DNA from: Octopus sinensis
Taxonomy: Eukaryota
Length of the DNA: 55,546 nucleotides
Reading direction: 5' to 3'
Assembly (NCBI RefSeq): GCF_006345805.1
Contig: NW_021833087.1
Location: 1 to 55,546, forward strand
Made by a program: the position numbers and the translations under genes. Numbering within the stretch: position 1 is the stretch's first letter; the number at the start of each line of letters is the position of its first letter. Positions 1 to 12,749 of this stretch are shown here, piece after piece. The notes under the pieces are model-generated. The model had not been told where the DNA came from, searched no databases, and saw only the letters and a program-made list of their open reading frames with translations.

Positions 1-76
1 TCAAGGACATAAACACACCAACATTGATTGTCAAGCGATGGGGGGGAGGAGTACGAACACAGGCACAACACACACA

Positions 77-108
<32 letters not shown>

Positions 109-278
109 TTATATACACACGACGAGCTTTTCTATCAGATCCACTCACAAGGCTTTGGTTGGCCCGAGGCTATAGTAGAAGACACTTGCCCAAGGTGTAA
201 CACAGTGGAACTGAACCCAGAACCATGTGGTTGGGGTTGGGAGGGAAGCTTGTTACCACACAGCCACGCATGCACCTA
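1..278 (-). mobile_element. tRNA-derived SINE, family A; runs off window edge
   Basis: The reverse complement reads GGCTGTGTGGTAA...GGTTCAGTTCCAC...CCTTGGGCAAGTGTCTTCTACTATAGCCTCGGGCC...CCTTGTGAGTGGAT then (TG)n. It matches the copies at 4562 and 18992 and has A/B-box-like motifs. Confidence 0.85.
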
Positions 279-939
279 TATATATATATATATGTGTGTG
301 TGTGTGGTGTGTGTGTGCGTGTGTGTGTGTGTTTGTATGCGTGTGTGTGTATGTATGTGTATTTATGCATGTATATATAAATATATATATATATCCGTGA
401 GTGTGCGTGTTTATGTGTGTGTTAATACGTCTACACACGAGTGCAATGTCCGAGAGATCATGTCTTTCAGTCAAATCCAAAGTAGATTTCGGATTCGTTT
501 ATCTACTGAAATATTGTTAATTAAAGTCTACGATACTTCAAACAGCTCGCTCGGTATCATTGTCTTGATGATATTGCAAGAGTAGTTTGGAAAGTCTTTT
601 CTATACAGCAGACTCATTTCATCATTGCTTTATCTTTCCTTTTAAACTAGCGAAATTAAAAGTTCTTATGTCTGCTATTGTTGCTGCCGTTAGTATTGGT
701 TTTGTTATTACTGCTGTTGAGAGAATGATTTCATTGTGTGACAACAGTCAACGCTATTCATGTACATTTATTTAGTTGCTTAATGTTTACTATGATATAG
801 TTGTTTAACACCAGGTTAAACCTAACGCAGCAGACTTATGTTCAAAAGTGCTGAATCCGTGACCATCACCTGCTTTTAATGCATAATATATACTGTCTTA
901 GCTAAAAAGATATCGTCCTCAAATTGCACTTTGTACTCT

Positions 940-1050
940 CATTTGCTTCAGCTATCTCAGCCGGGAAAGTGAGAAAGTTTTTTTTATATTTCGAGCCTAC
1001 GCTCTTCAACAGAAAGGAACACGATGAAATAAACACAGAGAGAATAAAAA
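940..1050 (-). mobile_element. Penelope-like element terminal fragment with hammerhead-like core
   Basis: The minus strand at 989-1009 reads TTGAAGAGCGTAGGCTCGAAA. A similar motif lies at 5834-5855. The assignment rests on motif recall. Confidence 0.4.
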
Positions 1051-1091
1051 AACTTATATTTATATACACACACACACACGCACACACACAC

Positions 1092-1137
<46 letters not shown>

Positions 1138-1140
1138 GTA

Positions 1141-1224
<84 letters not shown>
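1141..1224. repeat. (TATC)n microsatellite
   Basis: Directly visible. Confidence 0.95.
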
Positions 1225-1225
<1 letters not shown>

Positions 1226-1412
1226 GTATGTATGTATGTATGTATGTATGGTATGTATATTTATATGTCAAATGGTAAAGTACTGAGAATCAGATTAAGT
1301 GTTTAAAGTGAGAGGTGAAATAGATGAGAGACCACAGAGAAAGATAAGAGGATAGATATAAAATAAGACAAGGATAAATCGAACCCATTGATATATACAC
1401 ACACATACATTT

Positions 1413-1454
<42 letters not shown>

Positions 1455-1456
<2 letters not shown>

Positions 1457-2598
1457 ATATATTCAACGGCAGTTTGTCTGTCTGTGTGTCTGTTCAGGTT
1501 GACCCCTCACCCTGACAACGCTTTCAACGATTCTGATGAAACTTGACACACACATAGCCCAATGTCATCATTCAAAACTAACGCAGCGAAAATTTTGAAA
1601 AGTTCCCCCAGTTCTGAAAAAATCGATAAATTCGACATGGGGTGTTGAGAATCTAAGCTTTTTATATGCAACACATTTTCTGTTGTAGTTTTCGCAACTT
1701 GCAATCGATTTTCACCAAACTCATGGTGAAGCTTAATGTTACCCTAAGAAACTTAATTCTGACGTTAGTTTTCCATGCAGTACTTTACCATCACAAAAAA
1801 TCGAAAATCATGCCATTTTGGGAAATCGGTTTCAAATTCAAGATGACATATTTTCGACAATATCTTTCACAAATTGGCAGGAATTTTTTAAAATTCACAG
1901 CGAGCATCATGTCTGCTCCAAGGAGCTATATGGCTCTTTTTATATTCCAATAGGATACTTATTACTGGAAAGGATCGGTTTAATTAAATCATATGTGCCA
2001 CACATAGCAAACCGATTTGTGTATTAAACACAAACCACAGACTGTCAGGGAACGCACTCTACCTTTTTAACTCTCGGAACAGGTGGGGTAAGTACCCGCC
2101 AAAATGTATAAAAATGTACAAAAACGGGCAAAAAAGCGGGCTGCAATGTGAGTGACAACAACGAAAAAGTCAAAGTTACCAAACTTAAACAAACGAATGG
2201 AAAAGGTTTTTTGGTGTACACGACAAAAGCGGTTTATAATAACCAAGATTTTGCAAGTACGTCCGAGACCCTTTGAGTACGTCAAAAATTTAAGGTAAAA
2301 CGTTTGGGTGGGTAGTTATAAAGAAAGTTTAAACAAAAAAAGTATTCGAATAACTTGGCGGCTGCAGCACCTATGTAGCAAAGTGGCGGTTGGGGTAAAG
2401 TCCTCGAATGTAATTCTTCCTGGTAGAAGTGGTTGGGTTGAATTATCGATAGCTGTTTGATAGTTATTTGGGAGTGAGAAAGAACATTGCAACCTACACA
2501 TGCGCCTTCGTTCCCTAGAGGGAAAGGACTAGATTGGGATTAGTCGTTGCCTACTAGGGGCTCTTACATACCCGTTCATACGGCGGGCTTGCTGCTAG

Positions 2599-2599
<1 letters not shown>
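1455..2599 (+). mobile_element. Non-autonomous Helitron-like element (~1.1 kb)
   Basis: It starts in (TA)n with AACGGCAGTTTGTCTGTCTGTGTG, and its first ~190 nt match 6165-6355 reverse-complemented. It ends in a short hairpin CCCGTTCATACGGCGGG (2571-2587), then CTAG (2595-2598), then (TA)n. Confidence 0.7.
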
Positions 2600-2676
<77 letters not shown>

Positions 2677-3520
2677 TCAAAGAGGACCAAGTTTTCACTC
2701 GTTACAGCAAATCAGTTCACTGTAATTTATTTCTCGTCGTTTCATTCTTAACAGTTCATTTATTTAGTTGTTTATTGTTAACTATGATATTTTTAAAGAT
2801 GAACTTTAAATGAACTTTTAAGGATGAGCCGACGCAGGACACCACGAATTTTTCTGGCTTCTGTATTTCCGTTAAAGAATCGGTAATACTTTATTTATAC
2901 GAAATATTTTTGGCAACAACTGTTTTCGATTTCGAATTTTAAAGACTTCTGAATGATTTGCATTTATAAAATGAAAGAAATCTCCCAGTAAGAAAATCTT
3001 TAACTATTCCCATTTCATAATACAGCTTATAAATATACAGTAAAGTTTCTTTTAAATAAATTTGCCGTTATCATCGTTTCCACACGGAATATATCAGTTT
3101 GAATAGGAGAACACTTCTTGTCTTCTCACTTAAACACACCTTCCTACTTGACTTTTGTTTCAGTTTATCAATCACAAAACCAGCTACACGCCATTTTTGT
3201 TTTTCTCTGCTTTTATTTCATCCTTTCTGTACATCCATTTTGTCTTTTCTTAAGTCATTTCAAAATAAATACTGACACAACTGAGATGGAATAGTTTAAA
3301 TACCACCCGTTTTTGAAACAACGCTTTAAAATTTATAATAGTATAATTTATAAAATGGTGTAATCATCATAACACAAATGTTTCTCCGCTGTTTAATATT
3401 GGTTCGCAAAAATTAATAAGGAATGATTTACTCCATCGGCTAGAAATAGTAACAACATTACTTTGAACAAGTAGTAAAGATCAAATCTCTTTAATCTTTA
3501 ATATTTCTTAAAACATTCAA

Positions 3521-3731
3521 GACGGCGAACTGGCAGAATCGTTAGCAAGCCTGAGAAAATGCTTAGCGGCATTTCGTCCGTCCTTACGTCATGAGTTCAA
3601 ATTCGTCGAGGTCTACTTTGCTTTCCATCCTCAGGGGATCGATAAAATAAATACCAATTGAACACTAGGGATCGATGGAATCGACTTACCATCTCCTCTA
3701 ATGTAACTGACCTAGTGTCAAAATTTGAAAC
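3521..3731 (+). mobile_element. tRNA-derived SINE, family B
   Basis: GGCGAACTGGCAGAATCGTTAGC...ATGCTTAGCGGCATTTCGTC...GAGTTCAAATT...GTCGAGGTCTACTTTGC; many paralogues in the window. Confidence 0.85.
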
Positions 3732-3815
3732 AGATATTTGAAACACATGTATCAGATGGAAATATGTAAACTACAAACGTACCAACAACTTTGGCGTGTA
3801 ACACTTTCTTTTCAG

Positions 3816-3891
3816 TTTCGCAAATAGATTATTTCAATAATAATGTTGCTTCAACAATAAGATTTGAAAAAATAGAGACAACATTGAAACG
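3816..3891 (+). other. Candidate 76-nt exon of an unknown transcript
   Basis: Acceptor ACTTTCTTTTCAG| and donor |GTAAGT. One open frame reads SQIDYFNNNVASTIRFEKIETTLK. No homology recognised. Confidence 0.25.
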
Positions 3892-4398
3892 GTAAGTATT
3901 ATTTTAGGGAAAAAAATGAAGGAAATATTACACACATATATTTTGAAGAACTGCGACCAATACTCAGTCATTTTTCAGATTGCAAAATAACTAATGCATA
4001 TGAAGAGCACGTTTGCAGAAGTTAAAACAACACGTTATGCAGTAATATATATGAAAGCTTACTAAAAAAACCCAAAAAAAACATAGATAATTATATTTCA
4101 CGATAATAATAATCACGAAATGTATATTCCACAATTTAATATTTCCAAATGTCAGCTAAATAAATAGATATTAATTTAAGAATTATATAGCGTTAATATT
4201 TTTTGCACTTTCAGAAGTTTTCCATTTCTGTAATTTCTCTAACTCGAAAAAAATCTCGCAATTTTTTTTTCCTTAGCAGTCAGTTGGAGTTATGATTCTC
4301 GGGCATGGTATAAGATTATCTATCTGAATGTACACACACACGCGCGCGCATACACACGCACTCGATCACAGACACACGCAGACACACACAGACAAACA

Positions 4399-4434
<36 letters not shown>

Positions 4435-4561
4435 ACACACACACACACACATACACACACACACACAATCTATGATACGCACACAAAGAAACACACGCGC
4501 ACACAATCTATGATATATAATATAATGTAATAAATGATTTATAATATATAATATTATACGT

Positions 4562-4970
4562 AGGCGTAGGAGTGACTGTGTGGTAAGTAGCTTGCTTACG
4601 GACTACACAGTTCCGGGTTCAGTCCCGCTGCGTGGCACCTTAGGTAAGTGTCTTCTATAGCCTGCGGCCGACCAAAGCCTTGGTAGGCGGAAACTGAAAG
4701 AAAGCCGTCGTATATATATGTGTGTGTGCGTGTGTGTGAGTGTGTGTGCGTGTGTGTGTGTGTATATGTTTTGTGTGTCTGTGTTTGTCCCCCCTGCATC
4801 ACTTGACAACCGATGCTGGTGTGTTTATATCCCCGTAACTTAGCGGTTCGGCAAAAGAGAACGATAGAACGATAGAATAAATCCAAAGAATAAATCCTGG
4901 GGTCGATTTGCTCGACTACAGGTGGTGCTCCGGCATAGCCACAGTCAAATGACTGAAACCAGTAAAAGAG
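4562..4970 (+). mobile_element. SINE family A, full length
   Basis: Head AGGCGTAGGAGTGACTGTGTGGTAAGTAGCTTG, B-box-like GGTTCAGTCCC, internal (TG)n, tail GACTGAAACCAGTAAAAGAG. Confidence 0.9.
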
Positions 4971-5002
4971 TATATGATATAGCATATAGCAAATATAATA
5001 TA

Positions 5003-5590
5003 CGAAGTCTGATCAATAAGTATTCGGAGTATTGCCATAGTAACGGAGCCAAAGCATGCAGAGTCAAGATGCTTGACTCTGCCATACATTATCTCTAAGT
5101 TTTATCGTTCTAGCTTACTTCCGCTGTTTACAGTTGTGTTTGGAGGGAAGGTCTGTAATGTGTGATCGTCACATTGACCACGACAGAGAAAGTTGTCATG
5201 GTAATACTTGTTCATAGGCATATGCAAAGTTGCAGAAAGTGGATGGAGAGGAGTGTACGAGCCGCACACAAGTGTAAGAGAGGATCAAACGTTTCCAAGA
5301 TGGCCCAAAACATGTCGATATTAACGAATGTTCTGGAGCCCGCAACCAGGAGAACTGAGAAAAACATCGCAGATGTGCGTGCAGTTGTGAAGGGAAATCG
5401 ACGAATCACCATCCATCAGTTATTAGAGAATCTGGAGATTAGTTACGGTTCAATACAGTCCGTTATCACTGCAGATTTGGGTATGAGACGCGTGTCTGCC
5501 ATGTTAATTCCCAAACTGTTTTCAGCTGACCAAAAAGAAACTCGGGTTTCAGTTGCACAATATCTTGACGGTATCGAGAACGATGAAAAT
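5003..5590 (+). mobile_element. mariner transposon 5' half (left end plus decayed N-terminal transposase)
   Basis: TA followed by the TIR-like CGAAGTCTGATCAATAAGT. ORF 5162-5611 contains RTEKNIADVRAVVKGNRRITIHQLLENLEISYGSIQSVITADLGMRRVSAMLIPKLFSADQKETRV, a mariner second-HTH/WVPRLL-type region. No catalytic domain. Confidence 0.85.
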
Positions 5591-5813
5591 GTTTTTGGAG
5601 ACTTTGCCTAGGCCTCTGAGCAGGTATCCCCATGCTTTTGGCAAAATTCGATGCAGATTCTCTGCTCAACCTTCTCTGTAGTTGTCAATGCGACGATTAC
5701 AGGCTACAAACCATTCTTCTAAGCACTTCTGTAAACTACAGATGTGACCTAGAACGTTGAAACTTAGTGCGTATGTACAACATAGTTCAAGGTCAATCCA
5801 TGTAAAGCGGCTT
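5591..5813 (-). mobile_element. Second, inverted copy of the same mariner 5' end
   Basis: 5665-5790 is a diverged reverse complement of ~5075-5200. The minus strand encodes EKVEQRICIEFCQKHGDTCSEA, a mariner N-terminus. Confidence 0.75.
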
Positions 5814-5833
5814 TATATATATATATATATATA

Positions 5834-5975
5834 CGAAGAGCTCCGCTCGAAACGTTAAACCCTCCTTCCCTTCTTTCCTGAGCGTCAATAATACTTTAAT
5901 TGTTCCACGTCCTGCGTTGCTGTGTTTTTTTCTTTTTTTCCCCTTTTTTCTGTGTTTTCTTGTTTGGATTAACTT
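5834..5975 (+). mobile_element. Penelope-like terminal fragment with hammerhead-like core
   Basis: CGAAGAGCTCCGCTCGAAACGTT followed by a pyrimidine-rich tract; same layout as 989-1009. Confidence 0.4.
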
Positions 5976-5994
5976 TATATATATATATATATAT

Positions 5995-6357
5995 ACTAGC
6001 AGTATCGCCCGGCCTTGCTCGGGTTTGTAAGGGAAATAACTATAAAGCATTTTTAGAGAGTTATAGCCCAAAAATGGAAAAAAAATTATGGTAAATTTTT
6101 TTTTAGTTAAAAAGGTCGAGTTGCGTCGCCTAGACAGTCTGTGGTTTGTGTTTCTGATTCTCGACCCCATGTCGAATTTATCGATTTTTTTCAGAACTGG
6201 GGGAACTTTTCAAAATTTTCGCTGCGTTAGTTTTGAATTATGACATTGGGCTATGTGTGTGTCAAGTTTCATCAGAATCGGTTAAAAGCCGTGGTCAGGG
6301 TGAGGGTACAACCTGACAGACACACAGAAACACACACAGACAAACTGCCGTTTATAT

Positions 6358-6360
<3 letters not shown>
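5995..6360 (-). mobile_element. Non-autonomous Helitron-like element (~365 bp)
   Basis: The minus strand starts TATATAAACGGCAGTTTGTCTG and ends CCCGAGCAAGGCCGGG (hairpin), CGATACTG, CTAGT. It has (TA)n on both sides. Confidence 0.75.
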
Positions 6361-6388
<28 letters not shown>

Positions 6389-6448
6389 CAACATTTACTA
6401 TTAACTTCGGGTACATATCCTATATATGTATGCATGTATGTATGTATG

Positions 6449-7513
6449 TTATTATTCAGTTTATTTGAGGATTTCTTTCCAATAGAGAAATAGACAGTTT
6501 CTAACCTAGATCCAAGGTTCCTTCATTGGAATTTGAACATCAACAACAGGGTGGTTTTCTATGTATGTATGTATGTATGTATGTATGTATGTATGTATGT
6601 ATGGATGGATGGATGCATTGTATGTATGTATGTATGTATGTATGTATGTATGTATGTATATATGTATGTGCACATTTGTATGTTTTATGTATGTATTCTT
6701 ATGTATATAGTTACATATCTAGACATGCACAAATATATATAAACAATTGACAATCTTCTGGAAAGTTTTGCAGATTTTTACAGTTTCAGTGATGGATTGC
6801 ATCTGTTGCCTTCGAATTAGCTTTCTCCTTTCTGGTTTTGAGAAGCCTAATTTCTCAAGATTGGTATTTAGGCAATAATTACATGCATAAACCTGAACTT
6901 GTAATCTAGGTAGAGTAACTGCAGATTTCTCAATGGTTCAGCATAGGTATTCTCTTTTTCACTGATCTGCAGCTTTATGTTAATATCCGCTGAGCAGCAA
7001 ATTTCCACAACTGTGCTCAGTTTCTCTTCCATATCCCAAATCATTATATCAGGTCTGTTGTGCTTACATTTTATTGAGGTCTTCACTGGTACATTCCACT
7101 AGTATTCCTTTTCTTTATTAGTGGCTATAGCTTCAAACCTTATTGAAGCTATAGGTTTGTCATGTCTCATCGGTAGAAAAAACCGTGATGACATTTTCGG
7201 ATAACTGTTTATGATGTGGGTGATGTCTTCAGTATGAACACCACAAAGTCTGCATCGGTTGTCACATTTTACGGTTTTTTCCACATCTCTATCCCTTTTG
7301 TGCATCAGATTGTTGTTTGATATTTGCTCTTCCTGGATTGCAAATGCATATCTTTCAAAGTGGGAGGTAATAATCCGGCTATTCGTCCAGGATAAACTGC
7401 TTTGATGATCGATGTCACTATCATCACAGAGCTTTCTAGTAACATATCCATGCATAGTCTTCTACTGATACAGGCTCATCCCTTCATCTGTTGATACGTA
7501 GCGACTTCTTTGG
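6449..7513 (-). mobile_element. 5'-truncated RLE-type non-LTR retrotransposon (R4/Dong-like), decayed
   Basis: A CCHC knuckle relic CRLCGVHTEDITHIINSYP (7099-7455) is followed by the restriction-like endonuclease motif HNRPDIMIWD...VVEICC...KENTY (6868-7086). The 3' UTR has an AATAAA (6460-6465) and a (CATA)n tail. Confidence 0.85.
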
Positions 7514-7993
7514 GTGTATGTATGCATGTATGTATGCATGCATATATGTATTTATGTATATATGTATGTGTGTATGTATGTATGCATGCATATATGTATT
7601 TATGTATATATGTATGTATGTGTCTGCCTTGCCCCTTTTTCATTAACTAGATTCAGCTCCAGACCTCTGGCCATGCAGTGACACCGTCGTTAATTTTCCT
7701 ACACGTTCAGTACTTTGGCCTTCCTCTGATGAGGCATTTAGTGAATGACAGAGTTTGATGCTGTTGCTCCCATGTGCGTTTCATACCCCGAGGTAGGTTC
7801 ATGAGGGATCCTTGACGGGAGGGGATTCAGTTTTGAATATACTTACATTCACATCATGCAGGTCACTCATGTATATGTGTGTGTGTGTGTGTATATATAT
7901 ATATACATACATATATATAACGGAAGCTTTATGAAAATAAACAAAAGACGAAGGCAGGTGGAAAACAAACGAACAATTGTATTAGTATATATC

Positions 7994-8054
<61 letters not shown>

Positions 8055-8979
8055 TATATATATATTATATATATAATCATCCCAGATCTCGGCGTACACA
8101 GTGCCGCAGATGTAAACACTGATACTCCGATTAATAAACAGCGTTTTCACTGAAATTAAATATAATGCCACCGGATTGTTTAGGCTAACGAGACAGAGTG
8201 TGTAGAAATACCGGTATAGGAACTGCATCAATGTACCGAGTGTGTTCTGATCACATTGCCATCGTAGAAAGAAGTTATTGTCCCGTAACATTTGCATATT
8301 TGGATTTGAATTTGCGGTAGAGTATTAAGAACAAATATGCACTCACATTTAACCACAATGAACATTTATACCTATGTCTCTATATACTGTTCCCTCCCTC
8401 CCATACACACACACACACACACACACACACAGATGCACAACAAGCACACACAGACACACACACACATGCACACACACAAACACTCACTCTCTCTCGCGTG
8501 TGCGCGTATGTAAATCTTTCTCTTCATAGATGTATAAATATCTACATACTATTGCCATATGTATTTGTAATCAATGCTCTAAACTCTTATATTATACCAA
8601 ATACATAAGCAAGTAATCTTGAAAAAATATTCTTGAAAAGTCTATTCAACTTGAATACAATCTTGAAAACAAGAACGAAAATGTTGATGACGAATCTGAT
8701 GCTTTGTACAGGAATTTATAGATTTGTTGCTGTCGAAATTCAAACAATGGAGCCTCGTTTCTAACTTAGGACGACACCTACTCTTTGTGGGGTGGATAAA
8801 AACAGAAAAACATGAATAAGAGAACTCCACGTTCCCATACACAAATACACACGTTCATATTTATATATATACACATAAAAGTTCATATATTCACAAACCT
8901 ATAGAAGAAATAAACACATACGCACATACATATGTATGTGAATAGAAATACATACATGCATCTATCAATGTAAATATAT

Positions 8980-9581
<602 letters not shown>

Positions 9582-11380
9582 AGCCTTATATTTACAACAA
9601 TTTAAAGTCATTGTTACCGAGTGTGTCATTATGAATGCAATTGTACTTTCTTACTTAAGTGTTTACAATAGTTCTCGATTTAACGACCATAAAACTTTTA
9701 AGAGTCAATATGTTAAAAATTCTGAAGGAAAAATAGACATAGGAACTACTTTAAAAGAAGTAAAATAAATTCATTCAAAACTACACTTGAAAATGAATAT
9801 ATACTGAATTTCTTTCAGATATTGTATGAGTCAATTGTGTGTGTTTATTCTGTGTATTTTTATGTGGGCACTTGAATATATTTAGAGCATTTAACGTGTT
9901 TACAAGCCTCCAAAATATTTACAGTGTATCGAAGGTTATTTAAAAGGAAAATTTCTGTACAATGGTGATAAGATGTCTGAAGACACAAGATGGGATGCGC
10001 CTATATGTTATAGTATTCCAGACTCTCTAGAATACTGGTTCACAGTGGATTGTATATCATAAAATGAACATGAGATTCTTTTTCTTTAGACACATCTGCA
10101 GGCTTTGCAGATGTACAAGCCGGATACGTTTCATATTACTTCATCAATCATACACGTATATAACAAAACTATGATGACATGTTTCTTTAAGTTTCTCTGT
10201 CTGTAGCGTTAAAAAATATTTAAAAAAAACCTCAGTGCCAAAAAAACTAATCTTTCCTGTGCACCCTTTTGAAAACTACTGATTATAGTACATTGATCGA
10301 AAGCAGGTTCATCGAAAATATATTCATTAACAAAATATTAGCTGGATGGCAATTTGTCGAAGAGCATTTTCGAAAAGCGGTAAATCGGTCGAAAGTCATT
10401 TTCGCAGGAATGAATAAATAGAAAGTGATAGCAAATATATAAGGTGAACTCAAATAAAACATGACATTATATTTCGCAGCTTTCACATCATATTGTGGTG
10501 TTCAATATTATATTACTTTCTATTAAATTACGTTGCATTGGACTATTCTATGCTAAAATGCATGTAACACTACATATTTCATGATATATGAATATGCATT
10601 AGATTTCATAACTTCACAATATATTATACATCACACTATAAGTCTGTTGGTACAAGATGACATTGCATTTCATTACAGTCAATACATTATATATACATAT
10701 ATATGTGTGGTGTGTGTGTGTGTGTGTGGGTGTGGGTGTGCGTTCGTGTGTGTGTGCTTGCGTATGTGTGTGCATATATCACATTGTCGTACACAATTGG
10801 GTTTTAGTGCAACGTTATCCAACAGCACATTACATTATATGACGAAATATCTTACGTAAAAATATTTCATAATGAATTATATATTGACTCAAAACATTAT
10901 CTACTCCAGTACCGAATGTCCTCGCTTATTACTTTGTTAAAAAACTTTCTACGTGGAAACAAATTCCTTAAATTTGCTACAAAGCAAATATATCATAAAT
11001 ATTACAAGAAAATAAATTATTTTGATAGAACAATGCCACATTATAAATTATGTACTTTTATAGAAAAAATCTATCCTTATTAGGGCAACATAAACGTATA
11101 TATTTTGTGCATAGATATATTTTGCTCTGAAAAAAAAATTGCTTCGTTCATAAATTTTTGACAATTTCAGCTTCTTAGAAAGAAAAAGTATATTTAGAAA
11201 CCTCATTATCATCCCAATTTAATTAACTTCATTGAATTTCTTAAAGGTTTTTTTTTTTTTTTGAGACGAAATAGGTAATGTATATAAGGTAAAATTGTTA
11301 ATGATATATAGATGTAAGAAGTTAGGATTTCATATACTGGAATATTGTCTTTAGGTTATCAATATAAATCTTGCTATTTC

Positions 11381-11546
11381 GTTAGCATGCCGGACAAAAT
11401 GCTTAGCGGAATTTTGTCCGTCTTTACATTCTGAGTTAAGATACCACCGAGGTCTACATTGCCTTTCTTCCTTAAGGATAAGTACCAGTTGAACACTGGT
11501 ACCCACTTTCTCGAAATTATTGACCTTGTAGTAAAATCTGAGACCA
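11381..11546 (+). mobile_element. SINE family B, degenerate
   Basis: GTTAGCATGCCGGACAAAATGCTTAGCGG...CCGAGGTCTACATTGCC...AAGTACCAGTTGAACACTGG. Confidence 0.75.
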
Positions 11547-12164
11547 ATATACTTTTGCTACAGGTATTGTTCAATATCTAAGCGAATTAAGTTCTTACTT
11601 CAGCCAACAAGGCTAACGACAACTTCCACACCTGTACTGACAGGTCGTTATCTTAGGCGATCCAACTGTTATTTTCAAAATGTGTTCATAAGCGATCATC
11701 GTGATTGTTTGCTTTTAAGACTTGGAAGCAGAATCATGTAAAATCTAAAAGACAATCTAAGAGACACGATTTTCTGAAGATTTTGGGAATATGAATAACA
11801 TTTTAATTAATACTAACATGGCATTTTTTAAGCATATTTGTAATAAGAGAGCAAGATATTTTCTAAATAATCAAATTGTCACCGTATTCCGATGAGTTTC
11901 ACTTTCAATAGTCGTGTAGTGCCTGTTGCATTACAAGGCGTTAGTCTGGATTAGAACAGAGATCCGCAGAATTTTTGCACTTGCGGTACACTTATATTCT
12001 TTTCAAAATTCGGCGGCGCTCCTGAACTAAATATATAACTAAAAGTATAGGGAAAAAGATTATATTCAGGTTACACTGCGGCACAACTAGCATCGTCTCG
12101 TGACACACCAGTGTAACCGGTTGCGGAGCACGGGTTTAAAACGAAGAATAATTATTTTATCTTT

Positions 12165-12350
12165 TATCCTATACTTCTTTCAGTCATTAGACTGTGGCGA
12201 CGCTGGGGCACTCCCTTGAAATGTTTAGTCGAATAAATCGTTCCTAGTGCTTATTGTTTTAAACTGATACTTATTGTATCGATCTCTTTGTTTTAAGCTA
12301 CAGGGGCGTAAACAAACCAACACCGGCTGTCGAGCGGTAGTGCAACAAAC
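12165..12350 (-). mobile_element. SINE family A 3' part, degenerate
   Basis: TTTCAGTCATTAGACTGTGGCGACGCTGGGGCAC is the reverse complement of the family A tail. Confidence 0.65.
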
Positions 12351-12413
12351 ATAAACATACACACATATACGCAAACACATACAAAGAGATACACACATTC
12401 ACACCGCATTCTC

Positions 12414-12444
<31 letters not shown>

Positions 12445-12749
12445 TTCTCTTTAATATATATAGTGATAATTAAGTAACCAGGAGATGGATTCGGTATTAA
12501 TTTTTATTTTGTATAACGATTGTTCCAATCCATCCTGCTATTGTCCCTTATGGATGGGACTCAGTCCATCATGTTGCGTTGCATCCATTTTGCAGTCTGG
12601 GTCACATCAGGTACATCCATATATAAAGTGGTGTTTCCTGAGTTTAGGCAGTCATGTTGTTGTATGCCCGTCGATACTCAATGAATTGTGATTTCTTCAG
12701 CCATTTACCCTCAGTCACCTCTCTCACCTCACAGCTCCACTTAAAATAT

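Noticed and set aside
2823-2882. Possible 60-nt exon DEPTQDTTNFSGFCISVKES
   Set aside because: Weak acceptor, and its phase is incompatible with the 3816 candidate.
4562-4640. tRNA-like heads as tRNA genes (also other SINE copies)
   Set aside because: They have no complete cloverleaf and continue into SINE bodies.
10290-10410. Recurring TCGAA motifs (heat-shock-element-like or subterminal repeats)
   Set aside because: The spacing does not form alternating nGAAn arrays and no TIR was found.
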